Shown here piece after piece: positions 48,941 through 62,270 of a stretch of 64,000 nucleotides of DNA. Every line of letters begins with the position of its first letter. Position 1 is the first letter of the stretch. The translations under genes and the position numbers were made by a program. This DNA comes from Tubulanus polymorphus (Eukaryota; Animalia; Nemertea). The notes under the pieces were generated by a model. That model saw only the letters and a list, made by a program, of their open reading frames with translations. It searched no databases and was not told the DNA's origin. The DNA lies in assembly GCF_964204645.1 (NCBI RefSeq), contig NC_134033.1, positions 2,004,131-2,068,130 on the forward strand, read 5' to 3'.

Positions 48941-50479
48941 GATTAATATCTTCCAATAACAACCATATGACACATTACCGAGCGAATCCAAGACCGTTGT
49001 CGATTGTGCGTTTCCTGAAGAGGAATTATCTTATTTTCGTGGAGTTAGGATTTCCCCTGGTACTGCGGGCCAGTCGATGTAGGCCGTCCTTTTCACCGAA
49101 CGGCTCCGATTTCAACAATGCATAGTGAAAATTCGATGCGAGAAAGGATAACTTTTCTCGTCGATATTATGAATAATCGGTGCCTCTCCCAGTAGCGGAA
49201 CCTTGTCAGCCCTTCTTGATTTCAAATATAATCAAATATTGTATGAATTACATTTCAAGCGAGCATTTCAGGCCGGGTGGCCTAGCTCAATCATTTTTTT
49301 GTGGTAGATACCTGATAGAAGTTTTCAGAAAGGACTGGCAGTTGAACTAACTTTGGTTTTTTAATCCATTCTAGCAGATGATCTAATTCGCCCTGAGAGG
49401 CGAATTTAGCTTCTGTAGATAGTGACCTGCCCTGAGAAGCGAATTTAGCTTCTGCAGATATCAACCTGCCCTGAGGCGAATTTAATCTTCTGCAGTTATC
49501 GACCTACAATTATCAAAATGCCAAGAACATAAAAACACCGAATCTGTAGACATTTTTCAATGAATGGTAAAAAGCTTTCCCAAAACGATGTTTAGATGTA
49601 TGCGTTCAAAAGTATCAACGGATTCCCGAATAGAGTAAAACATTCCATCTTAGCGGGCGCTCTTCATTTAGAAAGTAGACCAGCCTCTTCAGTAGTCTAC
49701 CAACTGCATTCATCATTTGAGGAAATTTACGTTCATTTTATATACGGTTATTAAGTTAGTTGATGTTTTTTTAAAATTTTATTACGTGTTATAACCGACG
49801 GTAAATTGTAAACAAACTTCGTTGCAACCAAGGGTCTGAAAACGACCAGTTTATTTTTATGGCGGCATCAGTGGGGATTCAAATTGTTTGCTATTAGTTT
49901 TCGATCAAGTTTATTCCATATGCTGGGTGTATAAAGGTAGACGTCGCGACAGTGTTTTATCATGCGGTAACTTCGCACAATTCAAAATGTTCAGAGATAT
50001 TTCTATAGATCAATATTCAATGGTACCGGCGGTGCCCGGTCTATATGCTGGATGTATTACAGAGGTGACATCGCGATCGCCTGGCGTGTGTATCAGCGGA
50101 ACGTTCTATAAACTTCAACGTAAAACCCTTTCAACAGTAGAGACAATAGCGCGGCCGCCGATTGATCAATATTGAAATATGCCACCGGTCGACAGTAAGT
50201 GGAAATCGCAAGGCCAGTCATTCACCTCAGGCTGTTCACACCGTGCAGACACTATGCTGACGTGGATTCTCCTCCTGGCGTTCTTCTTCGCGATTACGCT
50301 GCGCTCTACAAGCTGGTTCCTTCATGAGGAACGACGTCTTTATGTTTTATGTGATACTGTTCGTCTCCGTGCTGTCCTGTGCTATTCTGTGTTCATTAAC
50401 CCGTTCTATTTTTCAGGTTCTAATCCGTTTTATTTTTCAGGGCCGATTTCTCTGTCGATTTTCAATGTTTTCTGGAACA

Positions 50480-51120
50480 AAACTAACGTCCGACAGCGTC
50501 GGCTCTCCTTCGCCTGTCATGTGTGGAGGATGCCAGAAAAGAGTCGGTCAGGAAATGCTGCCCTCTACACGCCCTCATACGGAACACGAAAACCAGGACG
50601 ACAACTGCTTCACGTTCATCATCTAACTGCAGAGTGTGCTGGGTGACGTTAATAACGGTCAGATCTGTCGGATTGCGCGCGATACAAATGGAGTGGTTAT
50701 ACTGGACTGTCACGCTACTAGCATTCATTGTGTCCTTGTGACCACTCGGATGAGGGATGATTCTACTGTCACGCCTTTGATTTCTGGTATTCATTGAGTC
50801 GGGTGAGGGATTGAGTCTACTGTCTCGCCCTTTGATTTCTAGTTTGAGTGCTAGTTTTCATTGTGTCCTTGTGACAACCTCGGTCAGTGGATGAAGTCTC
50901 TTGTCACGCCTTTGAGTGCTAGTTGAGATCCTGAATCTCAATTCGGGCAATCTGGTTGTACTGCGCTATTTTTGTTTCGAGCAATCTTACAGGTTTGTCA
51001 GTTACTGACGTCGCCCAGTACATCATGTGGTTAGATGGGAAATGTGAGGTGTTGTCATCCTGGTTTTCGCATTCTGTGTGAGGGCGTGTAGAGGGCAGCA
51101 TATCCCTGACCGACTTATGC
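50480..51120. mobile_element. RTE-like LINE 3' fragment present as two inverted diverged copies
   Basis: RQRRLSFACHVWRMPE..LYTPSYGTRKPGR resembles the RTE ORF C-terminus; about 50541-50700 is mirrored by about 51115-50950. Confidence 0.65.
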
Positions 51121-52329
51121 CTGAACCTTAAGTAGTCACATGATTTTAAAGAGTTGTATATGCGAAAATATGTCGACATAAAATTTTAGACTTTTAGACG
51201 CAATAAAAAAGTTAATATGCGTAATACTCTCGTTTTTGGATTTTAATGATGTTTTAAAAATCATGACTTTGCCAAAGAATTATCGATGGATTTGTTAATC
51301 TTAAGCTTTTTAGAGTGAGTAGTTTTATCTCTCAGATAAATTCTGATAATAGTTGTCATAAGAATAAAACGACATACATGTTCGTCATCTCAATTGTTAA
51401 TTGTTTAGTTTATAATAACTTTTTCACCGTTGTTTAGAATTCAGTGGTTCATGTGATAGCGATTTAATTAAGGTCCTATCGTAAAATAGAGTAGAGTTTC
51501 TTGAAAAATGAAGATATATGAACATTAGTGTAATCTGGCATTTTCTATAATTGTTGTATGAAAATAAATATGATTCACGTTAAAACCTTGCAACAATCAA
51601 AGGTTGATTCAAATGAAGCCCTGCTTTGTTTTATTTCATCATTGTTTCTTTTATCATGGGTTTTCTTCAAATAGATAATATTGACTTTTATCACTTGTGG
51701 TGACTCTTTCTCATATTCGATTTGCAATGGTGAATCCATTATAGTCTCACTCAAAACGATGTATATCGTTCTCATGTTCGAAAAGTTTTAATTGGTCAGT
51801 AATGGTCAATTCATGAATTTGCAGAATCATTTAATTCTACATTTTTTTCGCAGGCGTCAAATGATTTACTCGAAATTGATTTTCTTGTTTACCTTGATTT
51901 TCGATTGGCGAACTGAAAACTGAAAAGTTTCTGCGCTCAATTTTTCGGCGACTGCGACGCCGGACGTATTATACTGACTAGGAGAACAGACGTGTCTAAA
52001 TGTGATTTTCTGCTGCACGGAGATCGTACCCACATTGCCTTTCCTTTGTAGAAAATAAGATTTCGTTTTATTAAAGAGATAAAATCGATTTATTTACTTT
52101 ACAATATCCTGATATAAATGTACAAACAATTTTCAAAAGTTTTAAAAGCTAGTTTTTATTTAAAAAAAAAACAAGAATTAAGACGCTTCATCGTCAGGTA
52201 TAGGTCACACGATGATTTCTAGTGAGAATTCGAGACGTTGCGTCACTTAAATTGATTCTTGGTTTAAATACTTTTTAATCGGCATTTAGCGGGCTTTTGA
52301 TCTCAGTCAAAGGAAAGGTTGATAATTTC

Positions 52330-52980
52330 GGGACCACGACCTCTGGTTTTAACGAAGCTCGATTTCATAAGTCTGGTTAGAATTAGTCCAATTCGAATGT
52401 TGAAACCGCTTAAGAGACAGATGTTCACCGAGACTTTGTTAAACCGGACGAGCTTCACCATCCGGTCTTAACTTGGAATCCAGAACGGTTCTATTCAAAT
52501 CAGTTAACTCCCGGATTAAGTTAAAACCAGTCTCTCAAACTGCAGTTGCTCAAAAGGTGACTAGTGGTTGGATGATATGGTGACGATTGAAATTGGATTT
52601 TTAAGTAGGATTGGTCACCGTTTGAGCAACTGCAGCTCCTGGACCCAGTTTCACGAAAAAGTGTAAGCAAAAATCAGTAAAGTTTAAACTGTTGTCCTCA
52701 TTGAAGATATGAAGTAACTAATATTGAAATTAAACCAAATTTCTGAGTTAAACCTTTTTGTGAAACTGGGCCCTGCTGATTTATCTTGGTTATTTTATCT
52801 CAAGCAGAACGATGATGAAGCGAACGGAGTCACGTGGACATACATCAGTCGTCTGTGTGTCAGTGATGGGTGAGGGCGCGGTTCCGCGGTTATGAGTCAA
52901 AATTCAACTCAGAGAGTTTAATTCAGTTCATAAACCCTCGAGTTCAACTTAAAATCAGGACCGCGGAACCGCGTCCGGGA
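52330..52980. mobile_element. Cluster of four closely spaced short foldback MITEs
   Basis: Inverted termini at about 52343-52531, 52543-52632, 52639-52775 and 52874-52977. Confidence 0.65.
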
Positions 52981-53409
52981 TGCCACAACTAGAGTGAGTG
53001 CTGCTGGTCCTGGTAGTCCGGGATGATGCTGGTCCTGTTAGTCCGGGATGATGCTGGTCCTGTTAGTCCGGGATGATGCTGGTCCTGTCAATCTGGAATA
53101 CTGGTGCGCTGTTCGACGCCAAACTGCAAAATCAAAAATACAACAATAAAACTTGATAAGAGAGTATATTAAGAGATATTGTGTAATAATTCGACCTGTA
53201 TTTGAAACTGACCTCCAGTAAAACACGATTGTACTGAACCTCTGTCTCTGGTATAGTTGAGTTCAAACATTACTTTGATTGATGTGGTGAATGACACTGT
53301 TCGCGGTGTCGTCTGCGGACAGCGTTTATCAGTTCACAACACAGCGGCTTTCAACATGGAAACCACCAATATCAAAACTACTTACACCATTGTGTCTGAA
53401 TCTCCAGTT

Positions 53410-54790
53410 TAGCGGTGTTTGGGGGCCCCGGGTCGACGTGACGCGTATGTCCAGACAGAATTCCGCGTCAAAATATTGCAACACTATAAATACACAATAC
53501 ATGACGAACGGTTGTTACATAAAAAGCACAGTTTTAATAGTCAGATGATTTAGAATATTTCACCCCTAGTTTTCAGCATCCATTTCACTGTGGTATATTT
53601 AACATGAACCTCGCGATGTTAGTTAGGTCCCCACAATACCAGTGATATACCAGTCTCCAAAATACCAGCGACACCATTTAGCTCCCTATAAAGACAAAAT
53701 CAGTAAAACCTACCCCACATCCTATATCCTTCCTTCAAAATAAAATGGCGCGTAATGACTTCGAAATGAAACCGGCGCGAAATGACTTCAAAACGAAACG
53801 GCGCGAAATGACTTCGAATAAAATGGCGCGAAATGACTTCAAAATAAAATGGCACGCTAGTTGATCTGTCCAGTAAAATGGCGCGAGATTTATTTATTTC
53901 TAATGATTCGAATCTTCGTCAAGCTTAAAAACCTTTTCGGGAGTTTAATGATAATGCTATTGTTAATCACGCCCTCTATTGTTTAAGTGTTTCCAGCCAT
54001 TTTTGCAAAAGTTGTGTTACCTTCGAATTTGTGAATGAAAGTAAAGGTTTTAGAAGATGATCGGATGAAACGACGCGAAATGACCTCAAAAGGTGCGAGA
54101 TCATTTCAAATATGAAATGGCAGGAGTTGAACCTGTACTGAAAATGATAGGAGTTGAACCTGTACTAAAAATGGCAGCAGGAGTTGAACCTGTACTGAAA
54201 ATGGCAGGAGTTGAACCTATACTGAATATGGCGCGAGAATGTTCATTGTCACCCCGCAGAATAAACAGGTCACCTATCACTTACACTGTTCTATCTGTTT
54301 GTCCAGTCAGGTGTTTGGAAGCCCGGGTCGACGTGACGCGTGTTCAGTCAGGTGTTTGGAAGCCCGGGTCGACGTGACGCGTGTCCAGTCAGGTGTTCGG
54401 GGGCCCGGGTCGGCGTGATGCGTGTTCAGTCTGGTGTTTGGGCCTCGGGTCGACGTGACACGTGTCCAGTCAGGTGTTCGGGGGCCCGGGTCGGCGTGAT
54501 GCGTGTTCAGTCTGGTGTTTGGGCCTCGGGTCGACGTGACGCGTGTCCAGTCAGGTGTTTGGAAGCCCGGGTCGACGTGACGCGTGTCCGCTCAGAATTC
54601 CGCAAATTACAAAACTATAAATACACAATACATAACAAACAGTTATTACAATATAAAACACAGTTTGAATATTCTGATAGAATATTTTACCTCAGCATCC
54701 ATTTCACTGCGGTATATTTCATGTGAACCTCGCGATGTCGTCAGTGATAAAATCGCGCGAAATTACTTCAAAAATAAAATGGCGCGAGTT
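53410..54790 (+). repeat. Direct duplication of about 200 bp (53410-53620 vs 54555-54740) with internal 41-bp (x7) and about 27-bp (x4) arrays and AAAATGGCGCG runs
   Basis: Shared CCCGGGTCGACGTGACGCGT...TATAAATACACAATACAT...CAGCATCCATTTCACTG...GAACCTCGCGATGT block. Confidence 0.8.
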
Positions 54791-57700
54791 GACCCGTACC
54801 GTACAGGGTTCTAGCCGTCTACTGATGCGAATTTACAATTAAACCAAATTTCATCGCTAAACCGCAAAAATAAACGCGAAAAATATCGACATCAAAACAA
54901 ACAGCGCGCGCCCAAAATCAGCTCAAATATCAATTAATTAATTCAACCAAATAAACCAGAAACCCTGGAACCACAGGAACAGGGACCTACCGGGTGGGGT
55001 GGGTGCTGTCTGAACCTGAAACCAGTTGTACGTAAGTAAATGTCATTTGTATTTCATAAGAAGTAGAGTTCAACTGTTCAACTCTTCATCTTACTCAAAT
55101 CACACTTAACTCACAAACTGTCAAACATTTTCAAACCAGTTCAATTGTAAATAAATGCAACTTTTACTGTTAAAAAGTTCCACTTGAAATTACAACTGTA
55201 TTCTATATCAACAGCTGAAATTATGTTCTAATTTAAAGATGTATCAACTAACTATTCTAACCTAACCTATATATTCGGCCTACCTATTCAGGCTATAGGG
55301 TTTGGGGGGTTAGGGAGGGGATACTGAAATAGAGACATGTTATACAGGTCGCACCGTTATTCTTCAGTCACTTTGTCATCATCATTCAACTTCAGGTTCA
55401 ATCTTCTGTGACTAGGGGGTCTTGTTCTTCACACTGAAATAGAACATACAGGTCGCACCTGAATCGGGCCACTCTGTTGTGTGCTGGGGGTGAAGACACG
55501 TACTCTGTGGCCTAGTCTTCTGGGGTCTTGTCTCAGCGATGACCCTGAAATTGTCATGTTTATTTCAACTAAACGTTTTTACAGAAAAGTCGTTGTCTTA
55601 TAAAACAATCAATCTCAAAAAGCGAAATAAAAGGAAAACACCTGAAAATAGAGAGAAACCCTGGAAATACAAGCATGAAATACAGGATCCTGAAACAAAG
55701 ATATTAGGCATCAAAATAAACAGACTGCTTCTCATTATGACCCAGAGACCCACAGGACCCTGACGCAAATAGCACCCAAATTTCGTTACTTTAACTTACA
55801 CATTTCGTTGGAAATTTTACTAATTTTCATGCATTTCTATAACTTACTAACTCACCGAGTAAGTTCCTAATTACTAACTAAACCTATAAAACATAATTTC
55901 AGCTGTGAATGTTTTTCTAACTCACAGTTTATCCAATCCTGTAATGTATGAATCCAGTGATAATCCGGAGATTTAAAGTCAGTTTTTATCCTCGTGTTTT
56001 TAGATAACAGTTCACAGTTTTTTATGAGCGCAGTTTAACGTTATAATACACAATAATCCTGATTTAGTTTGAACTCCGATTGAATCGATTCCATTCCGAA
56101 TTCCGTGACGCCTGAAAAATAAAAACAAAGAAGAAAATTAAACAACCATATAGTCGAAATACCATTTGATTAGTTGTTTTCTGGGCTCCTGAACCCCCCA
56201 CAACTTCGCGCCTCACTGCGCTCGCTTTACTGGGGGTGCCCCTAGTAATACGAAAAGGTGCCTTGCGTATGTTACCCCCCCCCCCCCTATACAATTAACC
56301 CTACATCTACCCTTGTATCTAAATAGTCTAAAAGTAACAAGTTGAGGTTTATATACCGTTTACATTTCCGGGTTTTACAGGTGTGGAAATCAAATCACTT
56401 TTTCACGTAAATATCTTACAATTTGCGATGCGAAAACCTCGACAAACTTACCTTACAATCGCGTTCATGTTATCGTGTATCAGTTTTATCGTTTCTGAAT
56501 TGATTTTTATCGTTTAATATCGTGTTTTATGATGTAGTTTTAAGCGCGATGGTGACGGATTCTTATTTTGCGGGTTTCTTGCTCGCTTTGCACTCGGCTC
56601 GTGCGCGACTGGTCATCGCGGCCGGCGATTGGCCGCATAATTGATGCGGGACGCAATAAGTAATTCTGATTGGTCAAGGGGCGCGCATAGCTAATGATGA
56701 CCTGAACTGGACAGAACCGGTTTCGGTGACCCTGATGGTGATACATGTACAACTGAATTCTATATTGCGCAATACAGCCAGGCTAACCTGTTATTTATCT
56801 ATTTGACCGAGACATTAGTGAAACCAGTGTCCAACTGGAATCGGACGACGGGAATTCCTCGTAATTCAACGCGGATTCAGATTCTAAGTCGTTAGATTTT
56901 CTACCAAACCCAAACATATTCCAATGTGTTACCATACGAATTCTAAACGTCTCTCCTGACTCGATGGCGTTAGATTGTCCGTACACCAAACCCAATATAA
57001 ATCTCAGACCAAATTTCAATGCGTTTCCGTGAAGCCCAGTGGTGGGTGTCTCCCCTGAGACCAAGTATGAAATATAGTCTCCGAAAAATAAACCAGACAC
57101 GAAAATATAAATGGTTCTTAAGCCGCATTGAAATAATGAATAAATGGAATATGTGAAAAATAAGTTAGTTCGGTTTGAATTACTTTTATACGAGCATTGT
57201 CAAAAAACTGTTGAATGCGTGATGTGACATTTCAAAAATGTAAAAATTTTCAACTTACAAATTATGTTATTTCATGTTGGCAGTATCCACTCGACTTGCA
57301 GCGAATAACCGAGGTCTCTCACCCGATATCAGGTTGTTGTAATAATATGGTCACTGGATCAGTGATTTATTTGTAAGGTCCTTGTGTAACTGTGTGAAGA
57401 AATGAATACGATTTTCTGGTGACCTGAAACCTGTGAATGCCGTCCCGCCAGCACAATTTGTATTGATATTTAGGCCTTTTTTCTAATAGCTTGGTTTACG
57501 GGGTAGACCTATTGAAATATCATTTCGGAGGAGGAAATAAAAATTTCCTAACTGTGGAACTGGGTTCAGAACTGTGGTATTGGGATCCATGAAATCAGTT
57601 TTTGAAGGAAGAGGGAACTGTCTAACTTTTCTAGAAACAATATAGAATTTTTCACTGAAGATTTTGTTTTATCTGAGGATTTTGTTGATACTGCATTCAT

Positions 57701-58803
57701 AGAAACGCGCGTGGCCACCGGTTGAGTCAAGCGCAAAGCGCGCGCGAGTGGATGACCGTCATACGCAGATTACGCTTATTTCATGGAAATGTTCAAAATG
57801 TTTAAGATTTTTTTTTGGATTAAAATCATCGTTTAATTGTATTCAAATGTGTCACATCCGAAGCCAAGACGAGAGATAAAGGGGTTATTGAGTTTAGAGT
57901 TGCGATTAACATGAAACCCAAATAATAATCAAGAGTCAATTATCTTCACGCCCGGAATCGGTTGTTAAGGGGTAATTTTCTGCATCTATGCAGCCGAACG
58001 GCTATTTTCTGACGACTGTCTCCTGCTGTGACGAAGGCTCGGAAAATTATCATACGCCCAATTATCTTTTTATCGGTACAGAGACCTTAGTTCAAATCGA
58101 TACCGATCGATCTGGCCGCCGATTCGTACATTCGAACCCCGAGGCACAGAAAACGTGCAAAGTAGGTGCGTTATCTTCTTATTTCGAATTTAACGAAATC
58201 ATTTACTCAATTTGTCGTTATCGTCGCGTTTGTTATATTTGGAGCTTCTTGGCAATAACTTCGGATCGGTGCGCGAATATCAATGTGGAGATGCAGAATT
58301 AAAGCACACGGTATCAGTAAATCATTAATCTGATCAAATCGAGGCAAGTTTTTGACTCCCCTCAAGTTTTTGATCCTTCAGCTTGGCGACCGAGGAGTGT
58401 TTCCCCAGGAGTGCGAGCACTGCGCAATCTCTTAATTCAACGACTGCGCAGACAAACACGGAATCAATACCTCGTTTACATCTTCGATCGTGATTTTGAT
58501 AAAGAATCAAGACTCCGTTTATAGTCGTTTTACCAGACGGATACGACAGCGACGACAGCGCCTGGCGACCGAGAACAGTCCCAGACGCCCGAGGAGAAGC
58601 ACGACGAAACTGCGTTGTATATCGGAGTTCTGTTTGCCCGGGAGTAGCGCCGCTATTAAGAGGAGAAACGGTATATTCTGTTGTCTAAACGTTGACGAAA
58701 CGAATTCTGGTAAACAGTCAACGGTTCAGAAAAGGGCAAGAAGTGTCTTAAGAAAGCGAACAGACGATTGCAGCTGACACGAGCATCTGTCGCACAGACG
58801 AAC

Positions 58804-59778
58804 ATGAACTTTTCGAACGAAACTGCAGCGACGCGGTACGTCATGCCGTGGTACACGAGCGTCATGTTCGACTCTCCGAGACTCTGTTCTCCGATGCTCC
58901 GTTACGCGCAGGTCATCATCTTACCGATCATGACACTCACCGGTCTGTTCGGTAACGTGGCCAGTTTCATCATCATGACCAGTGAGAAATTCCGCGTCTG
59001 CTCCTACGCGTCGTATTTAGCGGCTTTGGCCGTTTTCGATACGCTGCTGATGTTCGCCTACACGGCGCCCGTTCTTAACTACGCTTTCTACCCGCGAATG
59101 GTCATCAAGTCGACGAGCGATTTCGCCTGTCAATTCTACGAATATTTTTTCGGAGTAACGGACATGATCAGTTCGGGTTTGATCGTGTTACTGACGGTCG
59201 AACGCTTCGCCATTGTCGTCTGGCCGTTCTCCGCCAGAACCATAGCAACGCCGTCCGTCTCGCGGACGCTGGTCGTCTTGTTAACGGTCACCTGGTTAAC
59301 CGCCTATGGTTACGCATTCGCGGCCGTGGAATACAGCCCGGAATACGACGGTTGCGTGTTCGTATCGGAATACTGGGCGGACTTTTATTTTCGAGTTTCG
59401 CCCACGTTCACGTCCTATATCCCTGTGACGGCTGTGGTCATTCTCAACGTGGTTCTGATCTTGATGCTCCGTCGTTCGGAGCAATTCGGCGGAGCAGGTG
59501 GCAAGAAGGCCAGCTCGACGAGAAAAGCGACGTTTTTAGTGATCACGGTCTCGATAATGTTCGCCGCATTCATAATCCCGACCGATATGTTCGTGTTAAT
59601 CTCCACGTTCGTCGTCATTCCGGATCAGCTCCTCATCGACGTTACGCTGATCGTGGCCGATTTTTACGCCACGAATAGCGTCATCAATTTCTACGTTTAT
59701 CTCCTCACCGGCGACGAGGTGAAAAACTACGTGAAGAAAAATTGGCTCCGCCGGCCGAAAAAAAGTGAGAAACCGTAG
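58804..59778 (+). CDS. Intronless rhodopsin-class GPCR (peptide-receptor-like orphan), 324 aa
   Basis: First ATG at 58804; NFS and NET glycosylation sites; GLFGN, YLAALAVFD, TM3 Cys, LTVERF..V.WP, ECL2 Cys, NSVINFYVY. Confidence 0.9.
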   Translation: MNFSNETAATRYVMPWYTSVMFDSPRLCSPMLRYAQVIILPIMTLTGLFGNVASFIIMTSEKFRVCSYASYLAALAVFDTLLMFAYTAPVLNYAFYPRMVIKSTSDFACQFYEYFFGVTDMISSGLIVLLTVERFAIVVWPFSARTIATPSVSRTLVVLLTVTWLTAYGYAFAAVEYSPEYDGCVFVSEYWADFYFRVSPTFTSYIPVTAVVILNVVLILMLRRSEQFGGAGGKKASSTRKATFLVITVSIMFAAFIIPTDMFVLISTFVVIPDQLLIDVTLIVADFYATNSVINFYVYLLTGDEVKNYVKKNWLRRPKKSEKP

Positions 59779-59869
59779 CGGAAAAAGTATAACTTAGTAT
59801 CTTGGGAATTTGATGAGAAACGAATCTATAGGATTTAAGATTTCCCAGACATAATAATAATAATAATTC

Positions 59870-60150
59870 AATAAAGCCGCAAAGCAGCGATAACAAGTTT
59901 TCTATATAGCTGCAAAGCAGCGATTACAGGTTATCTGTCCCACCAGTAATTAATAAACTTCAACAAGATGTATTCAATATAGCTGCAAAGCAGCGATAAC
60001 AGGTCTTCTCTTCAACCTTTATTGAATAATATTTCAACAAGTAAAAAGATATATTCAATATAGCTGCAAAGCGGCTATAAACAATACTTCAATACTTCAA
60101 TAAACAAATCAATATTCAATATAGCTGCGAGGCAGCAATAACAGCGATTT
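59870..60150 (-). repeat. Stack of five Helentron-like 3' termini (TATAGCTGCAAAGCAGCGATAAC)
   Basis: Reverse complement of the 3' end at 43966-43995, repeated five times with variable spacers. Confidence 0.6.
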
Positions 60151-61214
60151 CTGCAGCCATTCTCTGTGACAGCATTTTCTAAGTCGGGAGTCTGGAGTCA
60201 AATCCTACTGATGACAACTATGAAACTGGACTCCAGGATGGCGGATGAGGGATAGAAAGAGATTAGACCTATTAGTCATAAAAGAGGTGTTCACTGGTTT
60301 TAATACAACCAAGAAGCTACAGGAGTTGATAGTCAGTCAGTCAGTCGGGGTATGTGGGAATTCATAAAACCTGCAAGACGATAATCACGCGCGGAAAGAG
60401 AATGAGTTGGTCTTGTTATATTTCTATTAATTTCTAGCTAGCGACTGCGATACTGCAGGACTCCCGAGTTTCCGCCGACGTCGAGTCGAGGTGTCCATCT
60501 CTGCCGTTTCGGGGCATCCTCGCTTGCTAGGCGGTTTGATCGCCTTCTGCCGAAGCTCTTACCAACACAAACCATGGCCGCAGACCCTTCTTTGGTTTAT
60601 TACACTATTGCGCGACGTAGACCGTCTATAGAGGGATGACGTGACCACGAAGCTGCCGACAGAGGAGACAGGAATTCCGGACGACGCAGGAATGAACAGT
60701 CAGCGCCCCCTCTGTCGACGGCGTCCTCGTCACGCGTGACTGAACCCGAAACAGGCAGCGCCTGCCATCTACCGACGGCGTAGAGAAACAGCCGGAGATA
60801 ATAAAACACCAATCGATATTCCATTTCTTTAAAATCTTTTATTTTCAAATAATTTCTTGGCTGTTTATCATGATATATAGCGTTTGTAAGGCGTTGTACA
60901 GCGATCAGCAATTCAAATATCCAATATACGTTTTATATTTTACTCTTTGAGATAAGTTTCATGTGTTTTAAAACAGTTCGAAACATCGAGAATAAATTGA
61001 ACAAACATCGATTCCCGTGTTTAAGTTAGGCCTATATCTAATCAGTTTTTCACCAAAGCTTAAGCTAGCTCAGGTCGACTTACGACCCGATCATCTCGTC
61101 GTCGGAACGGTCTGCGATTTTCTAATCGGGAACCCGAGTTTACTCACGACCGCGTAGCCAATCAGCGACGAGTTATGCGTCACATGACCTTTAGAGTCGT
61201 TGTCGACCCTAGTG

Positions 61215-61353
61215 ACCAGTTGTACAGTCATGACTTGAGTCCAAAAGTGGTCTTAAATCTTAAGACTGATCTTAAGTTGTTAGATCGAGTATAGAACAAA
61301 GTCGGTCTTAGACCAGTCTTAAATCTAAGCCATGACTATGCAACTGGCCCCAG
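61215..61353. mobile_element. Harbinger-like MITE, same family as 17256-17392
   Basis: Colinear internal sequence (CCAAAAGT.GTCTTAAATCTTAAGACTG..GTTGTTAGAT); right end CAACTGGCCCCAG. Confidence 0.75.
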
Positions 61354-61411
61354 ATGATCGGGTCCGACCTGAGCTTAACTTTTAGGGAGCACGGATAACA
61401 TGGCATCAAAC

Positions 61412-61653
<242 letters not shown>

Positions 61654-61699
61654 GTTTTAAATATCAATAGGCAGCCTTAAAACCGGCCCCTCAAGACTG

Positions 61700-62270
61700 T
61701 GCGTGAAGTGTGGACGATCAGTTTTTGAAAGTGAGCTGATAAAATGTCTAATGTCTGGTGTTTGTAGTTCATTTTCAATTAGAAATGTTTCAGGTGAAGC
61801 CCTGAACACATGTGAAGTGTGGCCGATCAGTTTTTGAAAGTGTGCTGATAAAATGTCTAATATCTGGTGTTTGTAGTTCATTTTCAATTAGAAATGTTTC
61901 AGGTGAAGCCCTGAACACATGTGAAGTGTGGCCGATCAGTTTTTGAAAGTGTGCTGATAAAATGTCTAATATCTGGTGTCTGTAGTTCATTTGCAATTAA
62001 AAATGTCTCAGGTGAAGCACTGAACACATGTGAAGTGTGGACGATCAGTTTTTGAAAGTGTGCTGATAAAATGTTTAATGTCTAGTGTTTGTAGTTCATT
62101 TTCAATTAGAAATGTCTCAGGTGAAGCACTGAACACATGTGAATTGTGGACGATCAGTTTTTGGAAATAAAATGTCTAAATATTCTGGTGTTTGTAGTTA
62201 CAGGTAATTTTCAATCAAAAAAAGTCTGAAGTGAAGTTATGAACTGTATGTGAAGTGTGGTTTTTGAAAG
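61700..62270. repeat. 109-bp tandem repeat, about 5 copies
   Basis: GTGAAGTGTGG anchor (one variant) at 61703, 61812, 61921, 62030, 62139. Confidence 0.92.

Noticed and set aside
56795-57100. 101-aa minus ORF
   Set aside because: Non-ATG start, no motif or gene structure support.
60186-60236. CTGATGA...GAAAC hammerhead-like core
   Set aside because: Stems I and II cannot form; better explained as a MITE terminus remnant (CTGGAGTC/GACTCCAG).
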